64,000 nucleotides of DNA from Longimicrobiales bacterium. GTDB taxonomy: Bacteria; Gemmatimonadota; Gemmatimonadetes; Longimicrobiales; Gaopeijiaceae. Positions 1-10,327 of the stretch are shown in pieces (position 1 is the first letter of the stretch; the number at the start of each line of letters is the position of its first letter). The notes below the pieces were generated by a model that worked only from the letters and a program-made list of their open reading frames with translations, did no database searches and had not been told where the DNA came from. Location of the stretch: NCBI GenBank assembly GCA_965226375.1, contig CBDDCX010000008.1:1248001-1312000 (forward strand), in the 5' to 3' direction. A program made the position numbers and the translations under genes.

Positions 1-624
1 CATGGCGCCTTTCAGCTCACCATCAGAGAAAAGCTCGTTCCCCTCGAAGACGACATCGGCCACCGTGATCCTCGTGCCTTCCGTCACATCCAAGTAGAGA
101 ATGACTTCTTTTTCTCGATTCGTAATAGGCTCGCTTCGTTCGACGATGTCGGCGAACGGGATTCCCTTGGAAGCCAGCCTCGCACGAATGAAGCTCTTTG
201 CGGCGGCCACCCTTCCGGGCGAGTAAGGCAAGCCAGCACGGACTCCGGTGCTGTCCTGGACCTCGTCGACACCGACGCTCACCAAACCTCGGATGATCAC
301 GTTGCGCATGAGATCGTGCTCTTCGACCTCCCAAACCAGCGTGACGTGCTCCCCGACGTTGCCCTCGATGTGGACGGTGATGTCCCAGAACTGTCCAGAG
401 GCCCACAGGTCTTTCGTGGCCTTCTGGATGTCGAAGATGGTGTAGGCGCTGCCTCGGTTGATATTCGCCATGGCAACGATAGTGAGGTCGGCCAGACGCA
501 CGTTGCCCTCGACCGCTACGGAGTCGATGAGAATGGGCCCACTCGATAAATCCTGCTGCGCCTGGGCAGTGAGGGGGAGCACCACAAATGCCATCCAGAC
601 GGCCCGAAGCGGGAGTGTTTTCAC
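1..624 (-). CDS. bamA: Outer-membrane assembly factor BamA, N-terminal part (runs off window)
   Basis: Not in ORF track. Manual translation from GTG 624 (alternative TTG 648) gives signal peptide MKTLPLRAVWMAFVVLPLTAQA and POTRA-like segments (…ADVVFEGNELFSDGELKGAM); frame open to the window edge. Confidence 0.85.
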   Translation of the reverse strand, partial: MKTLPLRAVWMAFVVLPLTAQAQQDLSSGPILIDSVAVEGNVRLADLTIVAMANINRGSAYTIFDIQKATKDLWASGQFWDITVHIEGNVGEHVTLVWEVEEHDLMRNVIIRGLVSVGVDEVQDSTGVRAGLPYSPGRVAAAKSFIRARLASKGIPFADIVERSEPITNREKEVILYLDVTEGTRITVADVVFEGNELFSDGELKGAM

Positions 625-665
625 GGCACTGAATATCGAGTTGGACAAAGGTCTGGCTCCGCGCG

Positions 666-3149
666 TCACGTCTTGCTCTGTGAGGCCGCGGCCAGAGTGA
701 GCGCCCCTCCGTCGTCGTCCACGTCGACCACGATCTCGTCACCCGCTGAGAAGTCGGCCGTCAGGATGCGCTCGGAGAGGGGATCTTCCAGGTATCGCTG
801 GATGGCGCGCTTGAGGGGTCGCACCCCGAACTTCTCGTCGTACCCCTTGTCGACGAGAAAATCGATGGCTCCGTCGGAGAGGCTCAAACTGAGTTCCTCT
901 TCCGCCAGACGCTCGCTGATGTCCCTGAGCAGGATGTGGACGATCTGTCCGATTTCGTCCCGGCTCAGGACGTGGAATACGATCGTGTCATCCACCCGGT
1001 TCAGGAACTCTGGATTGAAGGCCTTTTCAATTTCGTCGCGCACCTTTTTCTGCATGACCTCGTAGGAGGACCTGGGATCGCTGTCGTGGAAACCGAGGCT
1101 TCCACCCTTGGAGATATCCCGGCCGCCCAGGTTGGAGGTCATGATGAGAACCGTGTTCTTGAAATCGATCACGCGGCCGTAGTTGTCCGTGAGATGCCCC
1201 TCGTCGAGCACCTGCAGGAGAATGTTGAAGACGTCCGGATGGGCCTTTTCGATTTCGTCGAGTAGTACCACGGAATAGGGCCGTCGACGCACGGCCTTTG
1301 TGAGCGCACCCGAATCCTCGTAACCCACATAGCCCGGAGGGGCGCCGATCAGCCGCGAGACCGAGAACTTCTCCATGTACTCGCTCATGTCCACCCGAAT
1401 CAGCGCATCGCGATCGGCGAACAAGAACTCCGCGAGTGCTCTGGCCAACTCGGTTTTCCCGACTCCCGTGGGACCCGAGAAGATGAACGAACCGATCGGG
1501 CGCTCTGGATCCTTCAACCCCGCGCGGCTCCTCCTGATGGCCCTGGCGATAGCCTCGATGGCGTCGTCCTGGCCCACCACCCGCTTGTGGAGCTCGTCCT
1601 CCATGTGAACCAGGCGATCCGTCTCGGCCTGTTGCAGTCGGGTGACCGGAATGCCCGTCCAGCGGCTGACGATGAAGGCCACGTCCTCAACGGCGATCTC
1701 GGGGCGATGACGCTTTCGCTCTTCTTCCCAGTCGTCCTGCTCAGCCCGGATCTTCTCCTGTAGCGCCCGCTCCTCATCACGGAGCTCGGCCGCGCGCTCG
1801 AAGTCCTGGTCGCGGATGGCCCCTTCCTTGCGATCGGCGATCTCAGACAGCTCGTCCTTGAGCTCCTCGACCTGGGGCGGCGGCACCTGTGCGGCGATAC
1901 GCGCTCGGGCCCCGGCCTCGTCAATGACGTCGATCGCCTTGTCCGGCAGGAACCGATCGGTGATGTATCGATCGGACAGCTTGGCCGCCTGTCTGACCGC
2001 GTCATCGGGGATAATCACGCGATGATGCTCTTCGTAGTGGGTGCGCAGACCCTGCAGAATGTCGACCGTCTCTTCCACCGACGGGGGATCGACAATGACG
2101 GGCTGGAAGCGTCGCTCCAAGGCCCCGTCCTTCTCGATGTACTTTCGATACTCGTTGAGGGTCGAAGCCCCGATGCACTGCAGCTCACCTCGCGCGAGCG
2201 ACGGCTTGAGCATGTTTGAAGCGTCGATGGCGCCCTCTGCGGCGCCGGCTCCCACCAACGTATGCAGCTCATCGATGAACAGAACCACGTGCTGATTCTG
2301 TGAAATTTCGTTCATCACCGCCTTGAGACGCTCTTCGAACTGCCCACGATACTTGGTTCCGGCGATCACCGCCGCCATGTCCAGCGCCAAGACCCGGTGG
2401 TCCTTGAGCGAGTCGGTGACCTCATTCCGGGAAATGAGCTGCGCGAGTCCTTCCACGATGGCCGTTTTGCCCACGCCAGGTTCACCGATGAGCACTGGGT
2501 TGTTCTTCTTGCGGCGGCAGAGAATTTCCACCACGCGCTCGATTTCGGTGGCACGTCCGATCGTGGGATCCAGCTTGCCCTGACGCGCCAGGTCGGTCAG
2601 ATCTCGGCAGAAGTGATCTAGGGCGGGCGTCTTGGACTTCTTATCGCCCTTGCCCGTGGGCGGCGTGGCCGGTGCCCCACCACCGATACCGGCCGGCTCG
2701 GAGGGTCCCACGTCCGAGCCCAGTACCTTGAGCGTTTCGGACCGAGCCTCCTCCATACTGACGCCCAAGGAGTTGAGGACCTGGGCAGCTATGCCCTTTT
2801 CCTCCCTCAGGAGCCCGAGCAGCAAATGCTCCGTGCCCACGTAGGAGTGATTGAGTTCCCGGGCCTCGGCCATCGCGAACTCGAGGACCTTCTTGGCTCG
2901 TGACGTATAGGGAAGCTCGCCAAGCGCGATGGTCGCCTTTCCCTTCTTGACGGACTCCTCGACCTGATCGTGAATCTGGTCGAGATCCACGTTGAGGTTG
3001 GTGAGGACTGCGGCGGCTACACCTTCACCCTCCCGGATGAGTCCCAGGAGTATATGCTCAGTGCCTACGTAATCGTGCTGGAGTCTGATGGCCTCTTCAC
3101 GGGCCATGGCCAGCACTTTTCGAACGCGATCGGTGAAGTTGTAGTTCAT
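666..3149 (-). CDS. clpC: ATP-dependent Clp protease ATPase subunit ClpC
   Basis: Clp N-repeats, two AAA+ modules ([16 protein letters not shown]), UVR-like middle domain; follows mcsA-mcsB. Confidence 0.97.
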   Translation of the reverse strand: MNYNFTDRVRKVLAMAREEAIRLQHDYVGTEHILLGLIREGEGVAAAVLTNLNVDLDQIHDQVEESVKKGKATIALGELPYTSRAKKVLEFAMAEARELNHSYVGTEHLLLGLLREEKGIAAQVLNSLGVSMEEARSETLKVLGSDVGPSEPAGIGGGAPATPPTGKGDKKSKTPALDHFCRDLTDLARQGKLDPTIGRATEIERVVEILCRRKKNNPVLIGEPGVGKTAIVEGLAQLISRNEVTDSLKDHRVLALDMAAVIAGTKYRGQFEERLKAVMNEISQNQHVVLFIDELHTLVGAGAAEGAIDASNMLKPSLARGELQCIGASTLNEYRKYIEKDGALERRFQPVIVDPPSVEETVDILQGLRTHYEEHHRVIIPDDAVRQAAKLSDRYITDRFLPDKAIDVIDEAGARARIAAQVPPPQVEELKDELSEIADRKEGAIRDQDFERAAELRDEERALQEKIRAEQDDWEEERKRHRPEIAVEDVAFIVSRWTGIPVTRLQQAETDRLVHMEDELHKRVVGQDDAIEAIARAIRRSRAGLKDPERPIGSFIFSGPTGVGKTELARALAEFLFADRDALIRVDMSEYMEKFSVSRLIGAPPGYVGYEDSGALTKAVRRRPYSVVLLDEIEKAHPDVFNILLQVLDEGHLTDNYGRVIDFKNTVLIMTSNLGGRDISKGGSLGFHDSDPRSSYEVMQKKVRDEIEKAFNPEFLNRVDDTIVFHVLSRDEIGQIVHILLRDISERLAEEELSLSLSDGAIDFLVDKGYDEKFGVRPLKRAIQRYLEDPLSERILTADFSAGDEIVVDVDDDGGALTLAAASQSKT

Positions 3150-3161
3150 TCTATCCGTTGG

Positions 3162-4286
3162 TTATCCCTGTGCGGACGAGCCGTTTGCTTCCGTGTCCTC
3201 ATCCGGGACCGAAGCCCCCTCGGTGGCGAGGATACGTCGTACATAAGCCGCCCGGTGGGCATCACACTCCGAAGGCGGCAGGTCTCGTCCAGCTGCCTGT
3301 TCCAAATGGGCAGTCTGGGTAAAAATCATCAATTTGTTAAGGGTATATACCCGAAGTTCTGGGAGGAGTTTCAGGCCCACTCCGAGCCGGATGCCCGACA
3401 ACAGGTTCATCAACTCCTCAAAGGAAAGCGACCTCGCGTACCTGAGGAGTCCATATGCTCGCCAGATCTTGTCTTCAGTAACCTGAGGAGCATCCCGCAA
3501 GAGCACCTGTCTCGCGTGGCTCTCGTACTGAATCACCTGACGGGCAATCTTGTCCAGATGCTCGACCAGGTCCTCTTCACTCTTGCCCAAGGTCGTCTGG
3601 TTCGAGATCTGGAAAAAATTGCCCACAACCTCCGAACCCTCACCGTACAGGCCCCTGAACGTGAGGCCCACCTGTCCGAGCCCCTGCAAGACCTTACCGA
3701 TTTCCTTGGTCAGAACGAGGCCAGGCAGGTGCACGAGCACCGAAGCACGCAGCCCGCTCCCGACGTTGGTGGGACAGCTGGTCAGGAAGCCGAACTCGTG
3801 GTGGTACGCGAAGGGAAGTTCTTGCCCCAACTCTTCATCTAGGCGATCAGCCAGGTTCCACGCTTTCTTGAGGCGAAGGCCCGAGACCAATCCCTGGATG
3901 CGGAGGTGATCCTCTTCGTTGATCATGACGCTCAGTGGATCCTCGGACGCGAGCAACACTCCAGTCGCACGGGCGGGACCTGTCTTCACGTCCCCAAGAA
4001 GCTCCCGCGAGGCCAGGCGTCGCTCGAGAAGGATTCTCCGGCTGCGGTGATCGAGCTCCAGCAGCTCCAACAGCGTGGAGCCCTTCAAGAGGACCACTTT
4101 TTCGGCAGCTCGCTTCATCTGATCGAGCACGGCCTCCCGATCGTTGACCCGTGCCCTAGGCCCGAAAGCGTGCCCCTGGAGGTTGCGGGCGAGGCGCACA
4201 CGGGTGGAAAGCACCACGTCGGAGTGGTCGCCGCTGGCGTCGAGCCAGCCGAGGCCGTAGTCGGGGAGGGCAGGAAAATCGGTCAT
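3162..4286 (-). CDS. mcsB: Protein-arginine kinase McsB
   Basis: Guanidino-kinase motifs STRVRLARN, INEEDHLRIQ, SCPTNVGSG. Confidence 0.96.
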   Translation of the reverse strand: MTDFPALPDYGLGWLDASGDHSDVVLSTRVRLARNLQGHAFGPRARVNDREAVLDQMKRAAEKVVLLKGSTLLELLELDHRSRRILLERRLASRELLGDVKTGPARATGVLLASEDPLSVMINEEDHLRIQGLVSGLRLKKAWNLADRLDEELGQELPFAYHHEFGFLTSCPTNVGSGLRASVLVHLPGLVLTKEIGKVLQGLGQVGLTFRGLYGEGSEVVGNFFQISNQTTLGKSEEDLVEHLDKIARQVIQYESHARQVLLRDAPQVTEDKIWRAYGLLRYARSLSFEELMNLLSGIRLGVGLKLLPELRVYTLNKLMIFTQTAHLEQAAGRDLPPSECDAHRAAYVRRILATEGASVPDEDTEANGSSAQG

Positions 4287-4294
4287 GTTCGGAC

Positions 4295-4810
4295 TCAGCT
4301 TCCCGCCGGCTCCAGGGTACGAATCTTGTCCCGAATTTCAGCGGCCCGTTCGAAGTCTTCGGAGTCCACGGCCCGTTGCAGCTTGTGCCGAAGCACCTCC
4401 AGCTGCTTCTCCATGTCAGAGGCCGCCGGATCGGGCGGTAGATAGACCTTTCCGACGTGCTGCGTGCTGCCGTGGACCCGGCGAAGAAGTCCCCTCAGGT
4501 AACCTTCGAAGGTGGTGTAGCAGTGTGGGCACCCCAGGCGACCAGCCTCGAGAAAATCATTGAATGTGAGCCCACAAAACGAGCACGACCCGAACGATTC
4601 GGCGGCCTGTTGAGCCGACGGCTCGTCCCCGAGCTGGGCCAGGAATCCGGTCAACGGCAGATTCATCGACTCTTCCAGGCCCTCGACGCCCTTGGCGGCC
4701 GCACATTTCTCGCACAGATGCGAGGTAGACATCTGGTCGTTCTCGATCTGCGTGAGGTGCACGACGGCATCGCCGGACCCACAGACCTCGCAAACGTCTT
4801 TGGATTCCAT
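4295..4810 (-). CDS. mcsA: McsA arginine-kinase activator (CxxC + UVR)
   Basis: Four CxxC motifs, GRLGCPHCY, C-terminal EDFERAAEIRD. Confidence 0.95.
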   Translation of the reverse strand: MESKDVCEVCGSGDAVVHLTQIENDQMSTSHLCEKCAAAKGVEGLEESMNLPLTGFLAQLGDEPSAQQAAESFGSCSFCGLTFNDFLEAGRLGCPHCYTTFEGYLRGLLRRVHGSTQHVGKVYLPPDPAASDMEKQLEVLRHKLQRAVDSEDFERAAEIRDKIRTLEPAGS

Positions 4811-4815
4811 GGCGC

Positions 4816-5517
4816 CTATACCCCAACCGCCTCGTGGAGTCGACCGTCTCTGAGTTCCAGAATTCGGTCGGTTCTTCCGGCCAGCTCTCGATTGTGTGTT
4901 ACCAACACCATTGCCAACCCCCTGTCTCCTCTCAGGCGGAAGAGGAGATCATGCAGCTCTTCACTCGTGTGCGTATCCAGGTTGCCCGACGGCTCATCCG
5001 CCAGGAGCACGACCGGGTCATTCGAGAGGGCCCGTGCCACGGCAACCCGCTGCTGCTCTCCTCCCGAGAGCTGTGCGGGACGATGTTCCAACCGCCCCTC
5101 GAGTCCCACCGCCGCCAGAAGCTCCCGAGCTCGATCCGCGGCCACGCGCCGATCCGTTCCTGAAATCAAGCATGGCATCATCACATTCTCGAGCGCCGTA
5201 AACTCTCGCAGTAGATGGTGAAACTGAAACACGAACCCGACAGTCTCGTTTCTGATCCCTGCCAGCGCTTCGACATCGAGGCCCGAGACGTCTCGGCCCC
5301 CGACCAGGACCTGGCCGGAGGTCGGTTGATCCAGGGCTCCCAACAGGTGCAGTAAGGTAGATTTCCCCGCTCCACTGCTCCCTACCACGGCGACGGCTTC
5401 CGTCTCGTCGACCCGTAGGTCTACCCCCTCCAGTACGGTGAGTTCGTGGCCGTCACCGCCCATGAAGCTCTTGCAAAGGGCCCGTGCCTCGAGCGCTGCG
5501 GGCGCCCCGTTATTCAT
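4816..5517 (-). CDS. lolD: Lipoprotein-releasing ABC transporter ATPase
   Basis: GSSGAGKST, GFVFQFHHLL LolD motif, LSGGEQQR. Confidence 0.92.
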   Translation of the reverse strand: MNNGAPAALEARALCKSFMGGDGHELTVLEGVDLRVDETEAVAVVGSSGAGKSTLLHLLGALDQPTSGQVLVGGRDVSGLDVEALAGIRNETVGFVFQFHHLLREFTALENVMMPCLISGTDRRVAADRARELLAAVGLEGRLEHRPAQLSGGEQQRVAVARALSNDPVVLLADEPSGNLDTHTSEELHDLLFRLRGDRGLAMVLVTHNRELAGRTDRILELRDGRLHEAVGV

Positions 5518-6775
5518 GGCGAATCGCCTCCACGGGCTGGAGCCGAGAAGCCTGGAACGCGGGGTAGATCGTGGCCACGAACGAGATGAGGACGCTGATA
5601 CCGACGATCATGGCGATGTCCGCCGCATGGATGGAGATGGGGAGCCGGTCCACGAAATAGACGTCGGGCGGAATCTTGATGATCTCGAACGTGTCCACCA
5701 GCCAGGAGAGGAAAAGGCCGAGCGTGGTCCCCATTACGGTCCCGATCACTCCGATCCAGAGGCCTTGGAGGATGAAGACCCGCAGAATCCGCCGATCGGT
5801 CATGCCCATGGACTTGAGAATGCCGATCTCACGCGTTCGATCCACGACCACCATGACGAGCGTGCTGACGATGTTGAAGGCCGCCACCACGACGATCAGC
5901 GTGAGGATCAACCCCATGGCCAGCTTCTCGAGCTTGAGGGCCGAAAAGAGGGCGCGGTTCGTGGTGCTCCAACTCACGGCATAGAACTCGAAGCCCAGTT
6001 TCTCCTGGATGGCCTGGGCAACGGCCGAAGCCTGATCCGGATCTTCCGTGCGAACGCTTAGCAACGAGACCCGGTCCGCCTCGAGGATGCCCAGCTGGTC
6101 CTGCGCGGCCTCCAGAGGGACGTAAATGTTCTTCAGGTCGTAATCGTACATGCCCGTCGTGAACGTACCGGTCATCTCGTACTGACGCAGGGTCGGCGTG
6201 GGCATGCCCATGATGTCCACGGTGAGGTTCTCGAAGGAGATGACGGTGAGCGTATCTCCCGAGAACATCGACATCCGGGCGGCCAGCCGGCTCCCCAAGA
6301 CCACTGGCGGGAGCCCCGAGGCCGTTGGCCCCAGGTCGTGGATGCCCTCCTGGATCCGCGCCTCCATCTCAGTGACTGGGGGCCCCTCCGACTCGATGGC
6401 AACGCCGTACAGATCGGCGGGCTGTGTATATCCGGCCCGGGAGACCGCCACGCTGGTGAGGACCAGGGGCGCTACGCCTGTCACGCTCTCTATGTCGCGG
6501 ACGGCGGCCGTCACCTCCCGCCAGTTGTCCATGCGGAGGCTACTGCCCTGTTGTTGCACCATCACATGCGGTGACGACTCCAGGATCTTGCCCATCAGGT
6601 CTTCTTGCATGCCGGTCATAACACCGATCACGATGACCAGGGCGCTGACCCCGACGGTCACGCCGCCCAGGGCTATCCAAGTGATGAAGGAGAGCAATCG
6701 TCCCCCACGCGCAGACGACAGATAGTGGCGGGCAATGTACCACTCCAGACCGCCCGAAGACCGGCCCGGCATCAC
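5510..6775 (-). CDS. Lipoprotein-releasing ABC transporter permease LolC/E
   Basis: MacB/FtsX architecture, AAFNIVSTL…REIGILKSMG; overlaps lolD. Confidence 0.92.
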   Translation of the reverse strand: MMPGRSSGGLEWYIARHYLSSARGGRLLSFITWIALGGVTVGVSALVIVIGVMTGMQEDLMGKILESSPHVMVQQQGSSLRMDNWREVTAAVRDIESVTGVAPLVLTSVAVSRAGYTQPADLYGVAIESEGPPVTEMEARIQEGIHDLGPTASGLPPVVLGSRLAARMSMFSGDTLTVISFENLTVDIMGMPTPTLRQYEMTGTFTTGMYDYDLKNIYVPLEAAQDQLGILEADRVSLLSVRTEDPDQASAVAQAIQEKLGFEFYAVSWSTTNRALFSALKLEKLAMGLILTLIVVVAAFNIVSTLVMVVVDRTREIGILKSMGMTDRRILRVFILQGLWIGVIGTVMGTTLGLFLSWLVDTFEIIKIPPDVYFVDRLPISIHAADIAMIVGISVLISFVATIYPAFQASRLQPVEAIRHE

Positions 6776-8298
6776 TCGTCTCGCAGGGTGGGAAACAGGA
6801 TCACGTCACGAATGGACGACTGGTTCGTGAGCAGCATTGTGAGTCGATCGACACCCATCCCGAGTCCGCCCGTGGGAGGCATGCCGTATTCCAGGGCCCG
6901 GATATAGTCTTCATCGACCGGGTGCGTCTCGTCGTCTCCGGCTTCCTTGAGCTCGGCCTGCCCCTCGAAGCGGGCCCGCTGGTCCAGAGGATCGTTCAAC
7001 TCGGAGAACGCGTTACAGATCTCCTCGCCGGCGATAAACAACTCGAACCGTTCGGTGAGATCCGCATGTTCGCGGTGGGGCTTGGCCAGAGGACTGATCT
7101 CCTTGGGATGATCCATCACGAACGTCGGCTGAATCAACTGCGGCTGCACGAGAGCACCGAAGAGCTTGTCGATCAACTTACCCCAACCCGCGCCTTCCAG
7201 TTCGGCGATGTCCAGCTCTTCCGCCCGCTCACGTAGATCGGCCCCCGAGAGCTCTCTCACATCGGCGTCCAAAGCCTCAGAGAGGGCATCGACCATCGAG
7301 ATGCGCTCGTAAGGGGCGGCGAAGCTGATCGCGTGTCCCTCGTATTCGATGTCGGTGGACCCGGTGGCCGCTACCGCCACGCGAATCAGCATCTCCTCGG
7401 TGAAGTCCATCAAACCGTTGTAGTCGATGAAGGCTTGATAGAACTCCAGCATGGTGAACTCGGGGTTGTGGAACCGATCGATTCCCTCGTTCCGGAAGTC
7501 CTTGGAGATCTCGTACACACGGCCAAGCCCACCCACGATGAGACGCTTGAGGTAGAGCTCGTCGGCGATTCTCAGAAAGAGCGTTCGGTCGAGCGCGTTG
7601 TGTTTCGTCACGAACGGACGAGCCGCCGCACCACCGTATAGAGGCTGTAGAACCGGGGTCTCGACTTCGAGGAAGTCCGCCTCGTCGAGGAACGCTCGCA
7701 GCTCGGTGATGATCTTGGCACGCGTGCGGAAGATCTCTCGTACCTCCGGGTTGACCGCCAGGTCGGCGTACCGCTGCCTGTAGCGGGTCTCCGTGTCCGT
7801 GAAGCCACTGAAAGTGGTCCGCTCGCCCGTCTCCTCGTCTTCCTCGGTCTTGCCCAGCGGGAGAGGCCTCAGGGACTTTGCTAGAACCGTCCACGACTGT
7901 ACCTGGACCGTCACCTCACCCGTGCGAGTCCGAAACAGGACGCCCTCGACGCCTATCCAATCACCCAGGTCCAGCAGATCCAGCCTCTCGAAGGCCTCGT
8001 CCCCCAGTACGTTCTTCCGGAAGTAGACCTGCATCTGTCCCGAGCGGTCCTCGATGTGCGCGAACGCACTCTTGCCGTGACTCCGGTAGCTCAGCATGCG
8101 ACCCGCTACTGAAACCTCGGTCCCCTGCCCTTGTTCGTTGAGCGACCCGTCGGTCTCGTCCTGCTCGAACACGGCCACAGCGTCCCGGGCCAGATGGGAC
8201 CGATCGTACACGTAGGCGTACGGCTCGAGGCCCTTCTCCCTGAGGGTGTCCAGCTTTTCCCGGCGGTGCCGGCGAACCTGACTGAGATCTTCGCTCAC
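6772..8298 (-). CDS. lysS: Lysyl-tRNA synthetase class II
   Basis: OB fold, EVETPVL, FRNEG…HNPEFT, YGMPPTGGLGMGVDRL. Confidence 0.98.
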   Translation of the reverse strand: MSEDLSQVRRHRREKLDTLREKGLEPYAYVYDRSHLARDAVAVFEQDETDGSLNEQGQGTEVSVAGRMLSYRSHGKSAFAHIEDRSGQMQVYFRKNVLGDEAFERLDLLDLGDWIGVEGVLFRTRTGEVTVQVQSWTVLAKSLRPLPLGKTEEDEETGERTTFSGFTDTETRYRQRYADLAVNPEVREIFRTRAKIITELRAFLDEADFLEVETPVLQPLYGGAAARPFVTKHNALDRTLFLRIADELYLKRLIVGGLGRVYEISKDFRNEGIDRFHNPEFTMLEFYQAFIDYNGLMDFTEEMLIRVAVAATGSTDIEYEGHAISFAAPYERISMVDALSEALDADVRELSGADLRERAEELDIAELEGAGWGKLIDKLFGALVQPQLIQPTFVMDHPKEISPLAKPHREHADLTERFELFIAGEEICNAFSELNDPLDQRARFEGQAELKEAGDDETHPVDEDYIRALEYGMPPTGGLGMGVDRLTMLLTNQSSIRDVILFPTLRDE

Positions 8299-8311
8299 AG
8301 TGACTCCAGCT

Positions 8312-9425
8312 CTACTTTCCGGCGCCCTGGGAGGCGAATTGCTTGAGGTAGGCCTCGATGAACGGATCGAGGTTGCCGTCCATCACTTTGCTCACATCCG
8401 CAATCTTGAGGTCGGTACGGTGGTCGTTTACCATCGTGTACGGCTGAAAGACGTATGATCGAATCTGGTTGCCCCACCCGATTTCGGTCTTGGTGGCTTC
8501 CAGGACCGCTTTCTCCTTTTCCTGCTCTTCCCGGGCACGCTCGTAGAGGGCCGCCTTCAGCATCTTCATGGCCGTTGCCCGGTTCTTGTGCTGCGACCGT
8601 TCCTGCTGACAGGAAACGGCTATCCCGGTGGGCATATGTGTGAGTCGAATGGCCGAGTCCGTCTTGTTGACGTGCTGCCCACCCGCTCCCGAAGCCCTGA
8701 ACGTGTCGACCCGAAGCTCGGATTCGTCGATCTCGATTTCGATTTCATCGTCGATCAGCGGATATATGAAGACGCTGGCGAACGACGTATGTCGCCTGGA
8801 CTGGGCGTCGAAGGGCGAGATACGGACGAGACGGTGAATGCCCTTTTCGGCCTTCATGTATCCGAAGGCGTGGTCCCCGATCACCTCGAGCGTGGCGCTC
8901 TTGATACCGGCCTCTTCGCCGGGCTGCAGATCGAGAACGTTGATCTCGTATCCACGAGCTTCGGCCCACCGTGAATACATCCGCGTGAGCATCTCGGCCC
9001 AATCCTGTGACTCGAGGCCGCCGGCACCCGGGTGGACCGTGAGGATTGCGCCTCGGTGGTCATCCGGGCCCTGAAGCATGGTCCGCAGTTCGAGCGTTTC
9101 TATAGGCCCTTCGAGTCCCTCGACCTCGGTCGCCAGCTCCGCTTCGAGGTCCTCGTCTTCCTCCGCCTCGAGAAGCTCCCCGAGCTCCGCCAGCTCCGCT
9201 GCCTTATCGTCGAGGTCGTGCCATGGACCGACCCAGCTCTTCAGTCGGTTGGACTCGTCGATGACCCCGCGAGCCTTTTCCTGGTGATCCCAAAAGCCGG
9301 CTGCCACCATCTCCTTGTCGAGTTCGGCGATGCGAGCGTCTTTGGACACGACGTCAAAGATACCCCCGAAGGTCGGCAATCCGGCCGCGGAATTCTTCCA
9401 GACGCTGCTGTGCTTCCTTGCTCAT
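8312..9425 (-). CDS. prfB: Peptide chain release factor 2 with programmed +1 frameshift
   Basis: ATG 9425 gives MSKEAQQRLEEFRGRIADLRGYL, then CTT-TGA-C; the +1 frame carries SPF and GGQ motifs. Confidence 0.97.
9353..9368 (-). promoter_or_regulatory. prfB frameshift cassette (CGGGGG TAT CTT TGA C)
   Basis: Internal SD-like G run, then CTT TGA C; canonical RF2 autoregulatory site. Confidence 0.95.
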
Positions 9426-9502
9426 GATTGGGCGATCAACCCTGACATTTCGCGGAATGTGAGAGAGGGGCCACCCGAAAGGGCGACCCCTCGACCGCGC
9501 AA

Positions 9503-9531
9503 AATATATCCGAGCCCTGCAGGGGCATCAA
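9503..9531 (-). promoter_or_regulatory. Putative sigma70 promoter for the prfB-lysS-lol-mcs-clpC-bamA block
   Basis: TTGATG-17 bp-TATATT in the intergenic gap upstream of prfB. Confidence 0.55.
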
Positions 9532-9550
9532 CCGAGACGCCGTGCGCGAC

Positions 9551-10327
9551 TTATCCTTCTACGTTGAAGACGCTCTCTCCGTCGGCCAGAAGCTCGTTGA
9601 GCGCATCATTGAAGAACGTTCCCTGCGTCATCACGTCCGGATCGACCTGGTCTCTGTATTCCTTCCAGGACTTTTCAATCTCTTCGCTGAAAACTTGGAC
9701 CAGCGTGCCGGAAGCCAAAGCCTCCGTGTGCTTTTCCGGATTGTACGCGATCAGGTCGGAAACGAGGCTTCTGGCAAGGCTCCTCGCCTTGTCCTCGGGA
9801 CTCCGCTTTCCGAATTGAATGGGGGCCGCCTCCGCCGTCTCTGCTTCAGTCGGTGCGGCTTTCTCCGAAATCGGAGCAGCCTCGGCTTCTTCTACCCCTT
9901 CCTCTTCGGCTGCCTCTTCTTCGGCTGCCTCTTCGGCTTCTCCGTCCGGAGCTTCAACCTCCAGGTCCTGGTTGATGGCCAACGCTGCGTCCGCCTCCGT
10001 CGTAATGGAGTCAAACGAGATTTCACGCTCGCCGAATTCGTCGGAGGTCTCGTCCGAGATGTCGGCCACGACATTGGCATCCGCACCGAACGAACTCATC
10101 ACCTCCGCTGGCACTTCCATCTCGTCCAACTCCACAGCCGCCGATGGACCAGCGAAGGTCTCTTCGACTTCGGCGGAAGCGGCTTCGGCAGCCGTATCCT
10201 CAGGCCTGTCGACGCTAAAAATCTCGGGACACGCACTACACTGTGCTCTCACGCCTCCCACCGGAATTTTGGCGGGGTCCACGGGGAACGACGTAGTACA
10301 TGCCGGGCAGGAAACAGTGATGGTCAT
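9551..10327 (-). CDS. Zinc-ribbon (MJ0042-like) protein with acidic linker and helical C-terminal domain
   Basis: CPAC…VRAQCSAC at N-terminus, long E/A-rich linker, C-terminal ARSLARSLVSD domain. Confidence 0.8.
   Translation of the reverse strand: MTITVSCPACTTSFPVDPAKIPVGGVRAQCSACPEIFSVDRPEDTAAEAASAEVEETFAGPSAAVELDEMEVPAEVMSSFGADANVVADISDETSDEFGEREISFDSITTEADAALAINQDLEVEAPDGEAEEAAEEEAAEEEGVEEAEAAPISEKAAPTEAETAEAAPIQFGKRSPEDKARSLARSLVSDLIAYNPEKHTEALASGTLVQVFSEEIEKSWKEYRDQVDPDVMTQGTFFNDALNELLADGESVFNVEG

Noticed and set aside
23..742. 239-aa ORF in the track
   Set aside because: Shadow frame; the real gene is bamA in another frame, running off the window.
9353..9368. prfB internal stop as a pseudogene or novelty
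   Set aside because: Well-known programmed +1 frameshift.
9880..9945. Short tandem repeats
   Set aside because: They encode an EEAAEEE low-complexity linker; no spacers, not CRISPR.
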